Positions 17,173 through 25,188 of a stretch of DNA of 32,000 bases are shown piece by piece (position 1 is the first letter of the stretch; every line of letters begins with the position of its first letter). Origin of the DNA: an archaeon (GTDB lineage: Archaea > Asgardarchaeota > Thorarchaeia > Thorarchaeales > Thorarchaeaceae); contig JAJRZD010000125.1 in NCBI GenBank assembly GCA_024275415.1, positions 1 through 32,000 of the forward strand. The letters are read 5' to 3'. The position numbers were made by a program, and so were the translations under genes. The notes under the pieces were generated by a model. That model had not been told where the DNA came from. It saw only the letters and a list, made by a program, of their open reading frames with translations, and did not search any database.

Positions 17173-17964
17173 CTATTCCTTCTTGGCTTTCTCAGGTGCC
17201 GACCTGCAATCCTCAATTCCTGCAGCCTCGCATACAGCATAGCGTGCCTGATACCCTGCAACATGGAGGAGCGCATCACCGACTTCTCTATCCTTAGCCA
17301 TTGACGCCGTGCACGGGTATGCGTGATGGGCTTTAGAGATCACATCGAATAGGTCATCTGTATCTGCTATCGACCGTCCTCTGACCTTCTGGCTGACATA
17401 CCATGTACATCCGCAAGGAGCAGAACGTTTTGGCCCGATCTCGGCAATGATGTCGCCTTTCATGTCCACATAATGGATTGGTCGCCCTAGTCTGTACTGC
17501 TCGATGAACTCGTCAATCAAAGCACCTTCTCCTGGTTCGAGAGTACAGAATGGCTTTGGAAACGCGGATTCAATACCTATCTCATCAAGGGTTTCCTTGA
17601 CTTGCGCGCGCAAACCTGGGGGTATCCATGTTGGATCCTCGATTGGCGCCAAGACGGCTCTCGCACCTGTTATCTTGATCATGTGATCGACCGAAGCAAT
17701 GATGTCGTGGTGGATTGCGACAATCAATAGGAGGTCGCACTTTTCTAGCCCGATTTCGTTGATGTATTGCTCAGGGTCTTCGATAATGGTGGGTGAGGGG
17801 GGGTCAATGGGATAGATTCCCACAATATCGCCCACATAAGATCCATAGGTAGATCTGCATTCTGAGCAGCTAGGCTCACATGCCTGACAGAATGTCCGGA
17901 AGTTGATTAGGTTCCCTATAACTCGCTCAGCGAAGACATCGCCGTAAATGGTCGCTATTCGCAT
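17173..17964 (-). CDS. DUF166-like protein with Cys-rich insert
   Basis: FAERVIGNLIN, FPKPFCTL, RSAPCGCTWYV, HHAYPCTASM, GDALLHVAG; ATG 17964 lies 5 nt after AGGTGG. Confidence 0.75.
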   Translation of the reverse strand: MRIATIYGDVFAERVIGNLINFRTFCQACEPSCSECRSTYGSYVGDIVGIYPIDPPSPTIIEDPEQYINEIGLEKCDLLLIVAIHHDIIASVDHMIKITGARAVLAPIEDPTWIPPGLRAQVKETLDEIGIESAFPKPFCTLEPGEGALIDEFIEQYRLGRPIHYVDMKGDIIAEIGPKRSAPCGCTWYVSQKVRGRSIADTDDLFDVISKAHHAYPCTASMAKDREVGDALLHVAGYQARYAVCEAAGIEDCRSAPEKAKKE

Positions 17965-18090
17965 AGTCGCCACCTAGAAGTGTAAAACGTATCTTAGCAT
18001 GTTACATAAGGATGTTGTTTGCGGCTCTTTCCATCTCCCTAACGGAAATATAATAACTTACAGATGCGCTGACGAATCTGGTGATGCAAC

Positions 18091-18498
18091 ATGGTTCTAG
18101 GTGACCTGCTCTTCCCGAATATCGAAATGAAGCTCGTTATCACACATGATTTTATGAGCGATGTGGAAGCCGCACAGAACAGGATGTCCAATGAGTACCG
18201 GAATGCGACTGCCCTCGTTCGGTTGAGCAAAGGGGATATGCAGAAGCTGGGTCTGAAAGGTGAATCGAATGTGAGCATCCAATCAAAGGCTGGTTCAGTT
18301 GTTGTACATGCGGTAATGGACGAGAACGCTAAGGATGGCCTCGCCGTCGTCCCCTATGGTCCTTGGGCACTTGCACTTGTAGATGTCCCACCTGATGGAT
18401 CTCCGCCACAGTACCACGGGATTCCTGTGACCGTGAAACGGAGCGATGAACAGATTACTCCTCTTCTTGACCTTTTTCAGGACTCTTCATCGTCTTGA
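18091..18498 (+). CDS. fwdD: Formylmethanofuran dehydrogenase subunit D-like protein (divergent)
   Basis: SNEYRNATALVRLSKGDMQKLGL, GSVVV, VPYGPWA, GIPVTV fit the FwdD fold; GGTGA 6 nt before ATG 18091. Confidence 0.82.
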   Translation: MVLGDLLFPNIEMKLVITHDFMSDVEAAQNRMSNEYRNATALVRLSKGDMQKLGLKGESNVSIQSKAGSVVVHAVMDENAKDGLAVVPYGPWALALVDVPPDGSPPQYHGIPVTVKRSDEQITPLLDLFQDSSSS

Positions 18499-19816
18499 TT
18501 AGTTTGTCCACACGACCTCGTTCGACCTGCAGATGGTGTCTTGGCTTCTTCTTGAGGAGGTTTCTCAGATCCTGAGCAGCCCGCATTGCTGCTTTCCTTT
18601 CACCATCTACAGAGTCCCATGCTTCATGTTGTTTGATTTGCTGGGATTCTTTCCTTGCGATATCGACCACGATATCTCTTTCGAACAACCCACTCGATGG
18701 TGGTGATATCCCTACAATGGATTCGAAGGCCCGTTTTCTTGCCGCTTCCCATTCTTTTGCTCTTTCAATCTGGTCTACGTTGTACCCTTCTCGTTTGATG
18801 TCCAACACATCATATGGACATGCTATGACACATGCACCACAATACATGCAATGCTCCAAGATCTCTATCTTGTCTGCCGTTCCTGTGGGGTATATTGCCT
18901 TGATAGGGCAGATGTTGAAGCAATTATGGCACCCTGTCGGATCACATTTATCAAGCTGCTTGATAATGACCTCGCCTGAGAATGGTTTTGTCACTTCAAG
19001 TGCTTCGTATGGGCATACCTCTGCACAGAGTCCACATTTTACGCAAGTTGTGTTATCATGCTTGAGTTCTCCTGTTATTTCAGGCTGTTTGATAGTACGC
19101 GGTCCCGATTCTATGCATTCTACAGAAATCGCATCATCCGGACATATATCTGCACAGAGACCACAATAGTCACAGTGATCCTCATTGACTCTTATCCCGA
19201 CAGCAGGGCGGAAATCTGGAGGCTCCACGGCTTCTGACCAATAGATGGAGATTGCATCAGGACATAGAATCTCACACAGTCCGCAGAAGGAGCATTTCTT
19301 CTCATCGATGTTGATGGTGCCCTTTGCGTATTCTTCACCTTGATACGTGACCAAAGATTCCTTCCGGTTCACTTTCACATCCACTTCAAGGGAGTCTGTC
19401 GGACAAACCTTCGTGCAAAGCACACACGGGGCACATTTCTCTTCATCAATGCGATGGATTCCATCAATCCGCTCATACTCGTTGATGGCTCCCTCTCCCT
19501 CATAACGTGCTTCGAAAGCTCTGAATATACATGCTGAGTCACAGAGGCCACAAAAGGTGCATAGGTCTGGATCCACATTCACAAGGGGTGCTCCCTCAAT
19601 CAGTCCTGAAGCAGTTTCCTTTACGGGTCCCATGGTTATGGCATCCCATGGGCAGATCAAACAGACTCCACATCCCACACATTTTGCTATCTTGTGATCA
19701 AGCACTCTTGTCAGGATTGAGGTCTTCCAGATATAGATTACAGTGCCGTTTGTAACATCCATCGTGACGGTAGGCTTCTCTCCTACTGAAATCCCAGTTC
19801 GCTTTCCCTTATCCAC
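18455..19816 (-). CDS. fwdF: FwdF-like polyferredoxin (8 [4Fe-4S] motifs)
   Basis: Eight ferredoxin motifs: CVGCGVCLICP, CTFCGLCDSAC, CAPCVLCTKVCP, CSFCGLCEILCP, CDYCGLCADICP, CVKCGLCAEVCP, CDPTGCHNCFNICP, CMYCGACVIACP. GTG start at 19816 overlaps the hdrA stop and follows GAAGGTG. Confidence 0.85.
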   Translation of the reverse strand: MDKGKRTGISVGEKPTVTMDVTNGTVIYIWKTSILTRVLDHKIAKCVGCGVCLICPWDAITMGPVKETASGLIEGAPLVNVDPDLCTFCGLCDSACIFRAFEARYEGEGAINEYERIDGIHRIDEEKCAPCVLCTKVCPTDSLEVDVKVNRKESLVTYQGEEYAKGTINIDEKKCSFCGLCEILCPDAISIYWSEAVEPPDFRPAVGIRVNEDHCDYCGLCADICPDDAISVECIESGPRTIKQPEITGELKHDNTTCVKCGLCAEVCPYEALEVTKPFSGEVIIKQLDKCDPTGCHNCFNICPIKAIYPTGTADKIEILEHCMYCGACVIACPYDVLDIKREGYNVDQIERAKEWEAARKRAFESIVGISPPSSGLFERDIVVDIARKESQQIKQHEAWDSVDGERKAAMRAAQDLRNLLKKKPRHHLQVERGRVDKLIKTMKSPEKGQEEE

Positions 19817-22247
19817 GGCCGGCCACCTTCTTGGTTTTAGTACGATGTGAGGCTTTGGCATTCTTGGAGTTTTCACTTCCAAGCGGCCCTAGCTCCGTGA
19901 TAGTATTCACAAAGTCCTCAATCTGTTCGGCGAAAAGATCTGCTTCTGCTGCTGACACACTGCCAAAGTATAGCCGCCGCCCATCTATCCCGATCGCCTC
20001 CAACACTTCACGGAGATTGTCTGTCCTGTCCTTAGCGTATCTAGCTCCTGTCCTGTAGTGACAATCTTGGACATGGCAACCCATCACCGCGACCCCATCC
20101 GCCCCTTCTGAGAATGCAGTGAGGATGTTGTCGATATTAAGCCTTCCAGTACATGGCACTTGGATGTTGATTATATTTGGCGGATAGCGAATCCTTGAGG
20201 TCCCAGCTCTGTCTGCTGCGCCATAGGCACACCACCTGCACAGAAAACCAACAATCGCCGGCCTAAGTGGATTGTAATTCACAGCAGCCCGTGTTGCATT
20301 ATCAAGTTGGTCGTTGTTCAGACATGGAAGATCCATCGCACTAGACGGACACGCACCTACGCATCCACCACACCCTCGACAGGCCGCAATATCGATAATA
20401 GGAACCTTTCCATCATTGAACTTTATCGCATTTGGCGCACACACCTGTTCGCAGAGCCTACATCCGATACAAAGACTCTCATCACAAGATGGCGCACAGA
20501 CTTCCGAAATGATATGCCCTGCAACGAAGAGGGTCTTTACCTTCGAAGCCGCCAGTCCTGCGTGTGCGACCGAATCGGCAATGTCTTTCGGCCCCTGAGC
20601 GACCCCTGCAAGGAATACCCCTTTAGAGTGTGTACTACTCGGGCCAAGTTTTGGATGTTGTTCCAAGAAGAAACCATTCTCATCCAGCGGTGTCTTGAGC
20701 ATCTTTGACAGTTCCACGTTAGTAGGGCTCGCATCCATCCCGACCATCAATACCACGAGATCGACTTCCATCTCTACCAGTCTATGGAGCAGAGTATCCT
20801 CTCCTCTCACGACAGTCTTCCCAGATATAGGGTCCTGAGCAATCTCACCTACCGCCCCGCGCACAAAGACTGCTTTGAACTCCTTTGCCGCACGCAGATA
20901 GAGCTCTTCTTGTCCTTTCCCAAAAGTGCGAATATCATTATAGAACACGTATGATTCAACATCTGGCAATTGCTGTTTGAGTTGGATGACCTCTTTCACT
21001 GCCGCAGCACAGCATACCCTGCTACAATAAGGTCTATTGAATCTGATTGACCTGCTTCCAACACATAGCACAAAGACGACTCGTTTCGGCGGCTTTCCGT
21101 CTGAAGGTCTGACCACTTTTCCACATGTGGGTCCTGCGGGATTGATCAATCGCTCGAACTCTAACGATGTTACTACATCAGGGTTCACCCCATATCCGAG
21201 CTCCTCCACGACCGTCGGGTCGAAAGTTTCGTATCCAGTAGCAGCCACAATCGCTCCGACATTGATGATTTCGGTTTCTTCCACCTCGTCATAACGGAGT
21301 GATTTTGGCTCACAAACGCCTGCACATGACTGACACCCGATGCAATTATCGATATCGATGTAGGGTGCGATTGGCACAGTATCCATTGAGGGTCTGACCA
21401 TCGCCTTTCTCTTGCCAATTCCACTGTTGTACTCATCAGGCACCTCCACTGGACATACCTCAATGCACCGGTTGCACCCCGTGCAAGTGTCTATATCCAC
21501 ATATCGTGCTTTTTGTTCGACCGTCACTTTGTATTGTCCTACGCTGCCTCGAATCCGCTTTACTTGAGCAAGAGTCATTATCCGTATCTTCTCGTGTCTT
21601 GACGCTCTTGCCATCATCGGGCCAAGAATACAGATGCCGCAATCGAATGTCGGGAAAAGTTTATCCCACTTTGCCATATGCCCGCCAATGAAACCCTCTT
21701 TCTCTATGATTACTACTTCTATCCCTGAATCAGCCAATTCTAACGCTGCAGTCAATCCTGCGACTCCTCCACCAATTATCAACGCGCGTTGTGAGATAGG
21801 TGTCTTATACAATGACACAGGTTCAGAGTCACGGATCTTGGCTATGCTCGTATCAATGATTGCTCCTGCTTTCAGCGTTGCTGTTTCTGGGTCATCATAG
21901 TGTACCCAACTGCAATGTTCTCTAATGTTTGCCATCTGCAAATGCCCAGCGTCGAGACCTGCCTCTCTGACAGCATCAGAGAACAATTCCTTGTGGAGCA
22001 GAGGTGAGCATCCAGCAATGACCACTTTTTCAACATCGCTCTGTTTTATTTTCTTGATGAGATCATGCACTCCCTGTTCTGAACAGAGATGGTCATCCAC
22101 CTCCACTAATGGGATGCCCTCTTTCTCATATTTCTCCCTAAGCATTTCCACATCGATGACATCGGCAATGTTGGTTCCACAACGACAAAGGAACACACCT
22201 ATGTTCTTTTTCTGCTTATCCTTGCTTTTTCGTTTCTTACGACTCAG
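19809..22247 (-). CDS. hdrA: Heterodisulfide reductase subunit A fused to C-terminal MvhD [2Fe-2S] domain
   Basis: IGVFLCRCG, AGCSP, REHCSW, GGGVAG, FPTFDCGIC, TSLEFER, LCVGSR, YCSRVCC, inserted and C-terminal ferredoxins; MvhD motifs FLCRWCAYGAAD, VPCTGR, GCHVQDCHY. The start is uncertain: CTG at 22247 is proposed, while the ORF track uses an internal GTG at 22196. Confidence 0.93.
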   Translation of the reverse strand: MSRKKRKSKDKQKKNIGVFLCRCGTNIADVIDVEMLREKYEKEGIPLVEVDDHLCSEQGVHDLIKKIKQSDVEKVVIAGCSPLLHKELFSDAVREAGLDAGHLQMANIREHCSWVHYDDPETATLKAGAIIDTSIAKIRDSEPVSLYKTPISQRALIIGGGVAGLTAALELADSGIEVVIIEKEGFIGGHMAKWDKLFPTFDCGICILGPMMARASRHEKIRIMTLAQVKRIRGSVGQYKVTVEQKARYVDIDTCTGCNRCIEVCPVEVPDEYNSGIGKRKAMVRPSMDTVPIAPYIDIDNCIGCQSCAGVCEPKSLRYDEVEETEIINVGAIVAATGYETFDPTVVEELGYGVNPDVVTSLEFERLINPAGPTCGKVVRPSDGKPPKRVVFVLCVGSRSIRFNRPYCSRVCCAAAVKEVIQLKQQLPDVESYVFYNDIRTFGKGQEELYLRAAKEFKAVFVRGAVGEIAQDPISGKTVVRGEDTLLHRLVEMEVDLVVLMVGMDASPTNVELSKMLKTPLDENGFFLEQHPKLGPSSTHSKGVFLAGVAQGPKDIADSVAHAGLAASKVKTLFVAGHIISEVCAPSCDESLCIGCRLCEQVCAPNAIKFNDGKVPIIDIAACRGCGGCVGACPSSAMDLPCLNNDQLDNATRAAVNYNPLRPAIVGFLCRWCAYGAADRAGTSRIRYPPNIINIQVPCTGRLNIDNILTAFSEGADGVAVMGCHVQDCHYRTGARYAKDRTDNLREVLEAIGIDGRRLYFGSVSAAEADLFAEQIEDFVNTITELGPLGSENSKNAKASHRTKTKKVAGRG

Positions 22248-22308
22248 GGGAACCGCCTCGTGTTCATGGATTACTTGTACTCGACCAGTGACGTTTCCAT
22301 TTTCTAAG

Positions 22309-22316
22309 TATAAATA
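22309..22316. promoter_or_regulatory. TATA box candidate in the hdrA / fwdG divergent region
   Basis: TATAAATA on plus; TTTATA on minus, about 60 nt upstream of the proposed hdrA start. Confidence 0.5.
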
Positions 22317-22423
22317 TGAGCATTAGGGACACCGCCTCCATTTATGCAACTACCATATGATTCATGTACCGTTGATTGTAACCTCTGAAGGAGCTTTCCA
22401 AAGACACTCTCTGAACCTATGAC

Positions 22424-22897
22424 ATGGAGACCTCAAAAGTGAAACTTAATCCCATGGAGATGTATAATCTCCTTCCCAAGACCAACTGTAGACAATGTGA
22501 GCCGAAGACTTGCATGGCATTCGCCACCAAGCTTGCTCTTGGCGACGTGAACCCTGACGATTGCCCTCCGCTGCTTGAAGAAGGATTCGAGGCGAATCTA
22601 CAAAAGATTCGTGACTTGGTTGCCCCAATGCAGTCCGCTGCAGAAACAGGTATCAAGCTTGATGAGTCTAAATGCACAGGTTGTAGCAACTGTGTCGTAG
22701 CATGTCCGGTAGATGTCGCTGCTGAACCTCCTACAAGTGAGGGAAAAGCCGCCCAAGTAGGAACCACAGTGTTCTGGGTGGAGAATGGGATTTCAAAGAT
22801 TATCAACTTGGAGAAATGCAGACGCTTTCCCCCTAATCGTCTGAACTGCAGAGTTTGCGAGCAATACTGCTGCACTAATGCGATCGAAATATGGTAG
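22424..22897 (+). CDS. fwdG: FwdG-like ferredoxin with an N-terminal CdhE-type Fe-S domain
   Basis: LLPKTNCRQCEPKTCMAFA...CP domain, then CTGCSNCVVACPV, GK...VFWVENG, and C-x9-CRVCEQYCC. Confidence 0.8.
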   Translation: METSKVKLNPMEMYNLLPKTNCRQCEPKTCMAFATKLALGDVNPDDCPPLLEEGFEANLQKIRDLVAPMQSAAETGIKLDESKCTGCSNCVVACPVDVAAEPPTSEGKAAQVGTTVFWVENGISKIINLEKCRRFPPNRLNCRVCEQYCCTNAIEIW

Positions 22898-24199
22898 GTG
22901 GCACTGATGGAAGAGATAGTTTGTACAGGATGTTATTTGCTCTGTGATGATTCCACAATTGAAGTCAAAGATGGCTCTTTGAGGTCTCTAGGACTCTGCA
23001 GGCTGGGACATGCACATCTTGAGTCTGCTATTGAACATGCAACACCCAAGGCATTTGTCCGGACGGATGGCAAAAGTAATGAAATTGCGATTGACGATGC
23101 AATTCAACAAGCGGCAGACATCCTTCTTGAGGGTGGTTCACCTCTTCTTATCGGGTGGTCTCAGACCTCCGACGAAGTGATTAAAGAGGGCTTGGATATG
23201 GCTGCTAGAGTGAAGGGCTTCTTTGATTCCATGTCCAGTTTGGGAACATCACAAGCAATGCGCCATGAGATGCACTCATTGAAGCTAGAAGCCGACCTAG
23301 AATATGTTAGGAACCACGGTGAGTTCATCATTTACTGGGGGACTGACCCTAGTGAGAGCCTGCACAGACACCCGAGCAGGTTCGCAGTCCTACCTCGTGG
23401 AGAGAAAATCCCCGAGGGTGTAGAGAGCAGGACTCTTGGCGTGGTCGATGTGCGACAAACAGAAACGATGAAAATAGCCAACCATCGTTTCATCATTCCC
23501 ATAGGGAGCGATGCTGAGCTTCTTGAAACATTGGCAGCAGATATCACTGGTACCTCGAAGATTGATAGTGATGTTCTTGGGATACCAGCGACTGAGGTCA
23601 TAGGCTTCTCCCAGCGGTTCCAGAAATCAGACTGTACTGCGATTTTCTATGGGAGTGGGATTTTGAATTCGGGGAAGCATGCAGATAATCTCGCTGGAAT
23701 ACAGAAGCTTGTTGAGGCAATCAGGTCTATAGGCAAGGAAGCGTTTGCCTTCCCGATGTTCACCGAACCCAACTCGATGGGTGTGATAAAGCATGTGGCC
23801 GATGTCACCTCAGTTCCATGCTCTATTGACTATTCCTCTGGAACTGGTGTTCATAATTCCGATGTGACAGCACTTCAGAAGCTGGTACAAGGCGAGCATT
23901 CAACATCGCTTGTTGTGGGGGATGATGTTCTGGCAGCACTCCCAAGACCCGCCGCAATGGCACTGGCAAAGACACGGATTATTTACATCGGTACCCCGAA
24001 TGCTATCTGCGATAGGTTTGCAGAGATTTCCATCCATACCCCTGATCAGATGCTCGAATCTGGTACAACGATGGAACGGATTGACATGGTCACAGTGACC
24101 TTGAAGGGACTTACACCCCCTGTAGGTTCTAAGCCCACTATACTGGAGGTCATTACGAAGCTCAATGCAGCAATCCATGACCGAGGTGGCGTAAAGTGA
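22898..24199 (+). CDS. fwdB: Formylmethanofuran dehydrogenase subunit B-like protein lacking W/Mo catalytic residues
   Basis: CTGCYLLCDD...C cluster, PLLIGWSQTS, IIYWGTDP, RHPSRF, VVDVRQTET follow the FwdB backbone. The canonical SVCHG and MRGHYN motifs are replaced. Confidence 0.85.
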   Translation: MALMEEIVCTGCYLLCDDSTIEVKDGSLRSLGLCRLGHAHLESAIEHATPKAFVRTDGKSNEIAIDDAIQQAADILLEGGSPLLIGWSQTSDEVIKEGLDMAARVKGFFDSMSSLGTSQAMRHEMHSLKLEADLEYVRNHGEFIIYWGTDPSESLHRHPSRFAVLPRGEKIPEGVESRTLGVVDVRQTETMKIANHRFIIPIGSDAELLETLAADITGTSKIDSDVLGIPATEVIGFSQRFQKSDCTAIFYGSGILNSGKHADNLAGIQKLVEAIRSIGKEAFAFPMFTEPNSMGVIKHVADVTSVPCSIDYSSGTGVHNSDVTALQKLVQGEHSTSLVVGDDVLAALPRPAAMALAKTRIIYIGTPNAICDRFAEISIHTPDQMLESGTTMERIDMVTVTLKGLTPPVGSKPTILEVITKLNAAIHDRGGVK

Positions 24200-25002
24200 A
24201 GGTCGCAGTCGCAGGAAAGGGCGGAGTAGGAAAAACGACCGTCGCAGGAACCATTGCCCGCTTGCTTGGTCGTGATGGACTGAAGATACTTGCCGTGGAT
24301 GCTGATCCCAGCTACACGCTCTGGTCGGCGATAGGCATCCCTCAAGAGGTCGCAGACACAATTGTTCCCCTGACCGAGAACGAGGAGCTCGTGGAAGAAC
24401 GGTTGCAGATCAAGGAGGTTGGACCTACCTCGACAGGCGTGTTCAAGCTGAACCCACGAGTCGATGACCTCGCCATAAAATTCGCGGTTCCTGGTCCTGA
24501 CAATGTGCATCTCCTTGTGGCCGGTACTGTTGATACTGGAGGTTCCGGATGCATGTGTCCTTCAGCCACATTGCTGAAGTCGTTGATGCGTTATCTTGTT
24601 ATTGGAACCGACGAAGCTTTTGTGATGGACATGGATGCTGGTGTTGAGAATCTTGGACGTGGCACGACCCGAGGGATGGACGCGTTGATTGTCGTTGTCG
24701 AGCCGGGACGGAGGTCTCTTGACATCATGGGGAAAATAAAGAAGCTTGCAGCAGACATTGAGGTCGGACTAATTCTTGCCGTCGGGAACAAGGTAGTCAC
24801 TCCAGAAGACTCGGAGATGATCCGTGAGCGCGTTTCAGCCGAAGGGATCCCTCTCCTAGGGCTTGTCCCTCTAGATGAATCGATTCGAAAGGCTGACCGA
24901 AAGGGAATTGCACCTATCGATTTGAACGACCAATCTCCCGCCATGCTGGAGATTAGGGACATAAAAGAAAGACTTGTCGAGAGAATCGCCCAAGTTTCAT
25001 AA
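24196..25002 (+). CDS. cooC: CODH nickel-insertion ATPase (CooC/AcsF family)
   Basis: Deviant Walker A GKGGVGKTT, VDADP, Ni-binding GCMCP, DMDAGVENLGRG; GTGA overlap with the fwdB-like stop. Confidence 0.93.
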   Translation: MKVAVAGKGGVGKTTVAGTIARLLGRDGLKILAVDADPSYTLWSAIGIPQEVADTIVPLTENEELVEERLQIKEVGPTSTGVFKLNPRVDDLAIKFAVPGPDNVHLLVAGTVDTGGSGCMCPSATLLKSLMRYLVIGTDEAFVMDMDAGVENLGRGTTRGMDALIVVVEPGRRSLDIMGKIKKLAADIEVGLILAVGNKVVTPEDSEMIRERVSAEGIPLLGLVPLDESIRKADRKGIAPIDLNDQSPAMLEIRDIKERLVERIAQVS

Positions 25003-25188
25003 TGAAACCCGCTCGTTTTCTTTTCAAAAACATATCTCTCCTCAGAAGGGTTTTCGTAATCGAACTTCTCTTTCCGCTTAATTAATGAAATCGAACATCA
25101 TTTTTTACTTTCAGCCGTCCATTCATAACTTTCTTATGGTCGAATGTTTCAATTCAAAAGCACCACGCACACAGGAACTGAGCTAAAC

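Noticed and set aside
19809-22247. Selenocysteine in HdrA/MvhD as in some methanogens and Asgard archaea
   Set aside because: The frame has no internal TGA; the relevant positions (DCGIC, CRWC, GCHVQDC) are all Cys.
23243-23245. The GGA codon at the FwdB metal-ligand position is one base from TGA (Sec)
   Set aside because: A single miscall would not explain the loss of the adjacent His and the distant RGH motif. It may reflect ancestry from a Sec form but does not indicate a present selenoprotein.
25003-25060. ATGAAACCC...GGGTTTTC after cooC resembling a SECIS stem
   Set aside because: It lacks the 3' GA of the core, pairing is weak, and no UGA-containing gene is nearby. More likely a T-rich terminator or promoter region.
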